From positions 290,098,001 through 290,162,000 of the forward strand of contig OZ024741.1 of assembly GCA_964016885.1 (NCBI GenBank): DNA of 64,000 nt. Reading direction: 5' to 3'. Within the stretch, counting starts at the first letter, position 1. The number at the start of each line of letters is the position of its first letter. Origin of the DNA: Eledone cirrhosa (lineage: Eukaryota). The position numbers were made by a program, and so were the translations under genes. The notes below the pieces were generated by a model. It worked only from the letters and a program-made list of their open reading frames with translations. It was not told the DNA's origin and made no database searches. Positions 54,670-64,000 of this stretch are shown here, one piece after another.

Positions 54670-55001
54670 TATTAACGGCTGAGTAGCCCAAGTTGCATAT
54701 CGAGTGGGTTAATCGGCCGGGTACACCGAAAACGATAAACGGAATAAATGAAACGAAATTTCATTTCCCACTCTTAGTACGGCTGTTACTTAAATATAAG
54801 TATGTACACGTACATACATATATGTATACAGACGTACAGTAGTATGTATATATATATACATACATGCACACATATATATATGTACGTATGGATTCACCGA
54901 ACATTTATTATAATGCTCGGTGTGTTTGTAAACAAACATCCCGTATTAAGCCGTAGTGTCCAGCAGCCATCGTTGCTCGTTTGTTCAACACTGACAAAGG
55001 A

Positions 55002-55044
55002 ACGCTGTACTAGTTTCAAGCTTATTAGCTATCGTCAGCAACGT
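55002..55044 (-). ncRNA. Type I hammerhead ribozyme
   Basis: ACGTTG-CTGACGA-T-AGCT aata AGCT-T-GAAA-CTAG-TA-CAGCGT; helix I extends via AGGAA/TTCCT. Confidence 0.85.
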
Positions 55045-55270
55045 ATACCTTCCTGCCAGATACTGTACGTCTGTATACATATATGTATGTACGTGTACAT
55101 ACTTAAGTAACATCCGTACTAAGAGTGGGAAATGAAATTCGTTTCATTTTTTTCCGTTTATCGTTTTCGGTGTACCCGGCCGATTAACCCACTCGATATG
55201 CAATTCGGCTACTCAGCCGTTAATATGCGTAAGGTAAGTATATACGTTCAACAATCTGGCAGGAAGGTAT

Positions 55271-55313
55271 ACGTTGCTGACGATAGCTAATAAGCTTGAA
55301 ACTAGTACAGCCT
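55271..55313 (+). ncRNA. Type I hammerhead ribozyme
   Basis: GTTG-CTGACGA-T-AGCT aata AGCT-T-GAAA-CTAG-TA-CAGC; canonical core, GUA site. Confidence 0.85.
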
Positions 55314-55555
55314 TCCTGTGTCAGTGTTGAACAAACGACCAGCGATGGTTGCTGGACACTACGGCTTAATACGGGATGTTTGTTTACAAACACACCGAGC
55401 ATTATAATAAATGTTCGGTGAATCCATACGTACATATATATATGTGTGCATGTATGTATATATATATACATACTACTGTACGTCTGTATACATATATGTA
55501 TGTACGTGTACATACTTATATATATATACATTATATGCCTATATAAATATAAATA

Positions 55556-55619
<64 letters not shown>

Positions 55620-55635
55620 ATATATATATAATATA

Positions 55636-55687
<52 letters not shown>

Positions 55688-55705
55688 TAATAATAATAAT
55701 GATTT

Positions 55706-55820
55706 GTAGTATAGGCACACGGCAGTAATTTTGGGGGAAGGGAAAGTCGATAAGTCGACCCAGTACGTGACTGGTACTTTATTTTATCGACGATCCTGTA
55801 AGGATGAAAGGCAAAGTTAA
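55706..55820 (-). mobile_element. Partial tRNA-SINE
   Basis: Reverse complement of SINE body and long tail. Confidence 0.7.
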
Positions 55821-56311
55821 ATAAGTAATAACGAAATATTATGTTTAATATGATTCTTAATATTCTTGCCCTCCCCGTTTCGAGCCTTTAGATTTTGGAA
55901 TCTTAATCATCATAAGCATCATCAGCGCCCCCCTCCCCTCCTCCCACCTCCCCTTTCTTCTTCTTCTTCTTCTTCTTCTTCTTCTTCTTCTTCTTCTTCT
56001 TCTTCTTCTTCTTCTTCTTCTTCTTCTTCTTCTTCTTCTTCTTCTTCTTCTTCTTCTTCTTCTTCACAAAATCATCTGCACATCTTCCTCATCCACCCCA
56101 TCATCAGCATCTTCATCGTCATCATCAACATTGTCATCATCATCATTGTGAGCATTATACATTTCACCCCCCCCCCCCTCCTCCTCCTCCTCATCATCAT
56201 CATCATCAGCATCATTATCATCATCATCATCATCATCATCACCAACACCATCATCTCCATCAACATCTATAATATTGATGCTGCATTTATTGCTAATATT
56301 ATTAGTCTTGT

Positions 56312-56795
56312 AGGGCGGTGGATTGGCAGTATCGATAAAATAAAGTACCAGTAATACACTGGGTAATTGCTGGCCGTATGCCAAAAGTAGAAACCATTAT
56401 TAGTCTTGTACGACGGTGGAATAGCAGTATCGGAGTGTCCGACACCATGCTTTGCAGTATTTGAGTACTGGCCCTTCACGTTCCGAGTTCAAATCCCGGC
56501 GAGGTTAACTGTCATCCTTACGGGGTCGATGAAATAAAACACCAGTAATGCACTGAGGTAATTGCTGGCCTTGTGCCAAAAGTATAAATGATTATTGCGT
56601 TATATGAAGGCGGTTGATTGGCAGTATGTGTAGAGCATCGGACACAATGCCTTGCATCATATAGTTATGGCCCTTTACGTTCAGAATTCAAATACCGGCG
56701 AGGTTAACTTTGCCTTTCATGCTTACGGAGTCGATGAAACAAAAACACAGTAATGCACTGGGGTACTTGCTGGCCTTGTGCCAAAAGTTGAAATA
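56312..56795 (+). mobile_element. Tandem tRNA-SINE cluster (3 copies)
   Basis: Same unit; the first copy is internally deleted. Confidence 0.85.
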
Positions 56796-57232
56796 ATAAT
56801 TATCTTTTTTATCATTATGATTATTTATTTATTACATATTTAAGAATTATACTTTTTCTTTAGCTTTCCTCCATGTTTGACAATTTCCACCATTGTAATC
56901 CTCCGCTACGTTTTTCCTTTAATTTCATACAATTTGTAGCCATTTTGTTTTTGTTACATTTTGGAATTATTGATTTATTTATAAGTCTTTTGCTTTATTT
57001 TTGTGGGATTTAGTTGTTTTGGGGTTTTTTTTCGGCAGCTTTTCATTTCAATTGGTTCGTTCATCATTTTGATTCAACGTCGTCATCACCATCATCATCA
57101 TCATCATCACCTATCATCACCATCATCATCATCATAATAATAATCATCGTCATCATCATAATTATGATCGTCATTATCATCATCATCATTTTTATCATCA
57201 TCATCATCATCATCATCATCAACATTTTCATC

Positions 57233-57264
<32 letters not shown>

Positions 57265-57649
57265 CATTATCAACCTCATCATCATTTGTATTATTACCAA
57301 TAAAAATAATTATGGTTTCTTTATTTCTTTCTTTATTTATTTATTTAAAAATAATAATAAAAATAATAATACATATTTTTACAACTTTTCAAATATTTTA
57401 TTTCTGCCCTTTTTTTTCTTTTCAATTTAGGGTTTGTCCTAACTATTTCTATCCCTATTTCTTTTAAGTTAGCTTTGTTTATCGCTTTGTTTGTTTGTCG
57501 TTTTTATTTTGTTTTTGCTTTTGTATATTATAATTTATTTTTAGTATTTTTGGTGTATATTTCATATTTTACAATCTCTTTCATTTTTGTATGTTCCAGC
57601 ACATTCTTGAATGTATGCGAGCAAGTTTGTATAGATGTGTGTGCATGTT

Positions 57650-58110
57650 TCTATGTGTGTATGTGCGAGTGTGCGTATGCGTATATATATGTGTGGATGT
57701 GTCCATGTGTGTATGTACGAGTGTGCGCATGCGTATGTATATGTGTGGATGTGACCATGTGTGGATGTGCGAGTGTGCACATGCGTATGTGTATATGTGT
57801 GTATGAATGTGTCCATGTGTGTATGCGAGTGTACGCATGCGTATGTATATGTGTGGATGTGTCCATGTGTCTATGCGCGCGTATGCATGAGTATGTATAT
57901 GTGTGGATGTGTCTGTGTGAGTACGTGTGAGTGTGCGCATGCGTATGTGTATATGTGTGTATGAATGTGTCCATGTGTCTATGCGCGCGTATGCATGTGT
58001 ATGTATATGTGTGTATGTGTTTATGTGCGTATGTGCGACTGTGCGCATGCGTATGCATATGTGTGGATGTGTCTATGTGTGTATGTGCGAGTGTGCGCAT
58101 GCGTATGTAT
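57650..58110. repeat. (TG/TA)-derived minisatellite, ~50-58-bp units
   Basis: Recurring GTGTGCGCATGCGTATGTATATGTGTGGATGTGTCCATGTGT. Confidence 0.75.
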
Positions 58111-58263
58111 GTTTGTATATACATGTCTCTGTAAAGAGTTTATAAAGTTTATTCCTGTGCTTGTTTCGTAACTTCGTTTTTGATATGTTCATTTCTGTTT
58201 TTGTTACACTTAAATTTTTTTATTCTTTTATTTACTGATATGGCTATTTTGGTTGTTGACATT

Positions 58264-58421
<158 letters not shown>

Positions 58422-58889
58422 CTTTGTTGATGTAATCGCCTTAATTATTAAGCACTTCTTATGATTTCTCTTTCCACTTTGCTTGTTCACCCCCATTCTC
58501 CTTTCTATTGTTGAATTATTATTATCGTCCATATTTACATTTATTATTTATATTGATAAAATATGATCGATATTTAACATCACCCACATTACCTCCCTTA
58601 CTTCTATTCCTCCTCTTTATTCTCTTTATCATCATCTGTATAGTCGTCATCGCCATTTAGACTGGTTTAAATAAGAATTTCTCTGTAAATATGTAGGTGC
58701 GGTTTTCAATGCTATAAACTTATTTAAATTATATTTTTATTTCTTCTTTAAAATCTTTAACCAAGATATCATCGTCCTTGCAATCAAAAACACCGCCATT
58801 ACCGCTAGCAGCAGCATTACTGTATTGAATAAAATATATTTTACCATTACCAGCATCGTTATCATAATTAACATCATCATAATCATCGG

Positions 58890-58964
<75 letters not shown>

Positions 58965-59073
58965 AATAATCATCATCATCGTATTGAATAAAATGTCTTT
59001 TAGCAATAACAACATCGCTATCATCATCATCATCATCATCATAATTAACATCATCATAATCATCGTCATCGTC

Positions 59074-59130
<57 letters not shown>

Positions 59131-59204
59131 GTCATCATCATCATCATAATCACCCCACTACCAACTTTAAGATAATCCCTATCATTAACATCACTTTCCG
59201 TAAT

Positions 59205-59966
59205 CAAATAAAGTCGATAGAATAAAGTACCAGTAATGCACTGTGATAATTGCTGGCCTTGTGCCAAAAGTAGAAACAATTATCATTATTATTTTTACGA
59301 CCTGAGTTCAAATCCTGCCGAGGTTGACTTTGCCTTTCATCCTTACGGGGTCGATAAAATAAAGTACCAGTAATGAACTGGGTAATTGCTGGCCTTGTGC
59401 CTAAAATAGAAAAAATTATTATTTTTATCATTGTTATTATGATTGTATTATTATTATGCCGAGGTTAACTTTGCCTTTCATCCTTACGGGGTCGATAAAA
59501 TAAAGTACCAGTAATGTACTGGATAATTGCTGGCCTTGTGCCTAAAGTAGAAACAATTATTATTATTATGAGGGCGGTAGATTGGCAGTATCGGAAGAGG
59601 TTCGGACGCCATACTTTATTATCATTACGGTCTGAGCTCAAATCCCATTGAGGTTAACTTTGCCTTTCATCCTATGGGGTCGATAAAATAAAGTACCAGT
59701 CACACACTGGGTCGATTTAATCGACTTCGCCCTCCCCCCAAATTGCCGGCCTTATGCTTATATAAGAAACCATTAAGGCGGTGGATTGGCAGTATCAGTA
59801 GAGGGTCGGACGCCATGCTTTGACGCATAGAGTTACGGCCCTTGCCATTCTGAGTTCAAATCCAGCTGAGGTTAACTTTGCCTTTCATCCTTACGGGGTC
59901 GAATAAATAAAGTACCAGTAATGCACTGAGTAATTGCTGGCCTTGTGTCAAAAGTAGTAACAATTA
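59205..59966 (+). mobile_element. Tandem tRNA-SINE cluster (5 copies, three 5'-truncated)
   Basis: Same unit separated by (ATT)n tails. Confidence 0.88.
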
Positions 59967-60152
59967 TTATTATCATTATCATTATCATCATCATCATCAT
60001 CATCGTTTTAGCAGTGGTCGATATTGTTTCTCGATACTTTTTTACGACTGGTGGTCTCATGTTATACAATACATTTTATTTTGTATGATGGTGTGCATGT
60101 GTATTGTATATTTGTGGTACCTATATATATATACATATATATATATACAAAC

Positions 60153-60279
<127 letters not shown>

Positions 60280-60335
60280 AACACATATATATCTATATAT
60301 ACGTGTGTGTTTCATAAATGTAATTTGTTATTTTT

Positions 60336-60370
<35 letters not shown>

Positions 60371-60649
60371 TATTTTCCTTGATTATTAATGTTTTTGTAG
60401 TATTTGCAATTACAATTCTTCTTTCGCCGACATTTAAACATAGATTTAAAAATAAATAATAAAGCCAGATTCTGAGTTTTAAATTTTAAAACCAGACAAA
60501 AACGAATACAGGAACATCTTTGAAAAAGTAGCAAAAAGAAGGCAAAAACATTAAGAACAATTGCATCAACGATGGAAGAACTGAGTGAAGAAATGCTTAC
60601 CAACCCACCTCTCTTTTAAATAACCAATGATAAATATACAATTCATGTA

Positions 60650-60719
<70 letters not shown>

Positions 60720-60919
60720 ATGTTTATATATTATATATTTATATATTATATATATATATATGTATATATATATGTATGTATATATATGTATATATATATG
60801 TATGTATATATATGTAAGTATATATATATGTAAGTGTATATATATATAAGTATATATATATATAAGTATATATATATGTAAGTATATATATATATATATG
60901 TAAGTATATATATATGTAA

Positions 60920-60950
<31 letters not shown>

Positions 60951-61016
60951 CATATATAAATATAATATAAACATACATATATATATATACATACATATAT
61001 ATATACACATATATAT

Positions 61017-61121
<105 letters not shown>

Positions 61122-61229
61122 TATATACATACATGTAATAATGCATACATCCACATTCACATATATTACACACATAATTACACATAATTACACATAATTA
61201 CACATAGATACAAATTTACATACGTACAT

Positions 61230-61338
<109 letters not shown>

Positions 61339-62100
61339 TATATGGAATCCTACGTACACACAATTTATTATATGCAAATACAAATGTAAGAATAGATAAA
61401 ATTTCCAAGTGAGAGCAATGCATCAATGAATGGTATTGTGAAACATTGAAATCAGTAAAAGAAAAGCTGTGTTTAGCAGGAATGGTAGAGGAAGGAATGG
61501 GCTGGAAATAACTGGTAAGAGGCGGGGAACAGAAGAAGAGATATAAACACAGATTTAAAATAAATAAACACAAAAATATTTCATGAAATATCAGCAACAA
61601 CAACAATAAAATTGATATGGAATAAAATAGGAGGCAATGAATATGAAAAGAATAAAGACACGCTTTGAAATTCAAAGAGCAGACGATCTTATATGTTTGT
61701 GGTATTAGATATCTGAAGACGATTGAAACGCCATTGCGATTATAATGAAAGTGAATAAATGATTTCAAAATTGCCGCAACGTCCCCACCATCACCATCAC
61801 CTTCACCAGCATGACCTCCCCTTCCACCACCATGAAAAAGTGTACTGTTGCCATTACTGAACAGCATTACTAACATCATCACTATTGCTAATATCATACT
61901 TTGTGAAGATTAAAATTTACATCACGCAAAAAAACATACATCGCAAAATAACACGCGCGCAGACACACACACACACATATATATATATGCATACACACAC
62001 GCACGTATATGTATATATATATATATACGTATATGTATATATATATATATATATACGTATATGTATATATATATATATATACGTATATGTATATATATAT

Positions 62101-62194
62101 ATGTTGTACATAGAAATGGCTTCTACAGGACTAGAACTGTTTCATTCGAAGGAAAGAGTCCTAGTCCCGTAGAAGCCATTTCTATATTCAACAT
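62101..62194. repeat. Fold-back (~38-bp arms), probable PLE pseudo-LTR remnant
   Basis: ATGTTGTACATAGAAATGGCTTCTACAGGACTAG / CTAGTCCCGTAGAAGCCATTTCTATATTCAACAT next to (TA)n. Confidence 0.65.
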
Positions 62195-62362
62195 TTATAC
62201 TCTATGTATTGAGTACTTTATTTACTGTGGTTACCACCCATTGAATCCGAGATACACGCGCACACATACACACACAGACGCATATATTTTTGTATATACA
62301 TACATATATATATATATATATACATATATATGTATGTAAATATATAAAACACACGCACATAC

Positions 62363-62421
<59 letters not shown>

Positions 62422-62653
62422 TGGATTGAGAGGAGGGGCTGTGTGGTTATTGATAACGGGTAGTTACAATGTAAGGAGATACAAACAAGAGATGGACAGT
62501 CTCCTTTCGTCAATAATTTACTACGGGTCACGGATGTTTCGGCGCATTAGAAACTATACATCCTTCCTTAGCGCGCCCATAGACTTTTATCTTTCAAAAG
62601 GCCAAGAGAGAAGAAAAGAAAGAAGAAAAAGAGAAGTAAACGTACCGATAGAA

Positions 62654-62688
<35 letters not shown>

Positions 62689-62799
62689 TAAATTACACCT
62701 CTGTTATTTTATGATTTGGTTATAGCTTCCATTTCACGACATTCCGATCTCCCCTACCATACACTTTATTTAAAGGAAGTGAATGATTCTATGAAACAA

Positions 62800-64000
62800 A
62801 TGTCTTTATGCAATGTCCCAGATAAAGATGACATTTATTCAGAAACGCAATGTGGATGTGGTGCCATAGTCAGGATCTTTTCTCTTGCCAGGTTGTTGAA
62901 AGAGTCGGAGAAATAAAACTGGAATTGTATGAGTTAATTGACGTTACTAAGGCTTCGTCACTGTAAACCGTGAAGTTCTCTGGAAGGTATTCTGTAAACG
63001 TGGAACTCCTGAAAAAATTATTAACATCATCATATCCTTTCATCGGGAATTGCAAGCTGCTGCATTGTCAGATGGCGAATTGTTAGGTTCTTTTGACATC
63101 ACATACGTTACAAAACAAGATTGCGTCATAGCTCCATTGTGTTTTGCACGTTTCATCTCTATAATGCTAAATCTTTCATATGGTTATATGAACACACGAG
63201 TAAGGGAGTAAGGAGGCAATTTCATATAAGCGGTGGACTTACCAACCACCAGAGATTCTAGTCTAAAAGACAAGTGGCACCTAGTATTATTCGTAATAGG
63301 CTGTTTGCGGATAATGCAGTACTCATTGTGATATCATTCGAAGATTCTCAAGTACACGTAAATCGTTTCGCAATCTGCAGCAAAGCTTTCGATCTTACTG
63401 TCAGCATATAGAAGACTGATGCTATCCATCAACCAACCACCACACCCAAAGAGACAAGCGGAGCCAATCACGAATAACCAGTTCACTAGTTTCCATTTAC
63501 CCCTATTAACATAGAATTGAAGCATCTCAAATATAATTCAATTACAGACTTGGTCAACAAATCGAACTGAAATGGATCTCTTCATGAGATTGTCCATTAA
63601 ATTTTCATAGCTACCAGTGCATTTGGTAAACTCCATCATCGATTGTGAATTGAGAGGAGCATATAACTTCAAACCAATATTAAAGTTTACAAAACCGTTG
63701 TTCTTACCACACATTTGTTTGGATCTGAGCCCTGGACTCCTTATCACACAAACATAAATTAACTAGATGAGTTCCGCAAGAGTTGCCTTCGTATAATTAG
63801 TGGTTAAACACTTGAAGATGCTGATCTTTTTACGATGTATAAAATTTGAGGTACCGAAACTTTGTTGCATGCATCTGAGACGTAGGTCACTTACCGAAGA
63901 AAACTGGAAAGGTTGAATCACATACACCAAAAGTGTCGTCCACTGGAAAATGTATGTGAGTGACACTGAAGATCTCGAACGCAGTTGGTTTACCAGTATA
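62800..64000 (+). pseudogene. Decayed RTE-clade LINE reverse transcriptase
   Basis: Remnants IYSETQCG, IFSL, IDVTKA, VNREVLWKVF, LFADN, LFGSEPWT, KSCLRII across several frames. Confidence 0.75.

Larger units (their letters stand above)
54667..55518 (+). mobile_element. ORF-less 413-bp HHR-containing element (retrozyme-like / non-autonomous PLE) with inverted permuted copy
   Basis: 55061-55105 is repeated at 55474-55518; 54667-55061 is an inverted copy spanning the tail-to-head junction; (TA)n flanks. Confidence 0.85.

Noticed and set aside
62524-62580. GGCGC...GCGCC-GAAACATC hammerhead 3' half on the minus strand
   Set aside because: No CUGANGA box upstream

Overview
Gene-poor, AT-rich animal DNA full of microsatellites. 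It is probably an octopod cephalopod, inferred only from the dominant tRNA-derived SINE. I found no convincing host exon. The window is mostly transposable elements: (1) an apparently intact Penelope-like element (PLE, 22222-26646) with an RT + GIY-YIG ORF, a 162-aa Asn-rich tract, an unusually long RT motif A-B' spacer, and its ATG located in the pseudo-LTR; (2) two 5'-truncated PLEs; (3) a full-length but disrupted Tx1/L1-type LINE inserted in (GATA)n; (4) fragments of CRE, RTE, mariner, Helitron and MITEs; (5) SINE clusters and a 16/15-bp satellite. The main hidden signal is non-coding. About a dozen minimal type I hammerhead ribozyme (HHR) motifs from roughly eight unrelated families sit mostly in short fold-back elements inside (TA)n tracts. 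They include core variants (U3-A8, CUGAAUGA, G4), a different palindromic helix III in each family, and a 413-bp ORF-less retrozyme-like unit. All structures were read by eye; no folding, alignment or database search was run.
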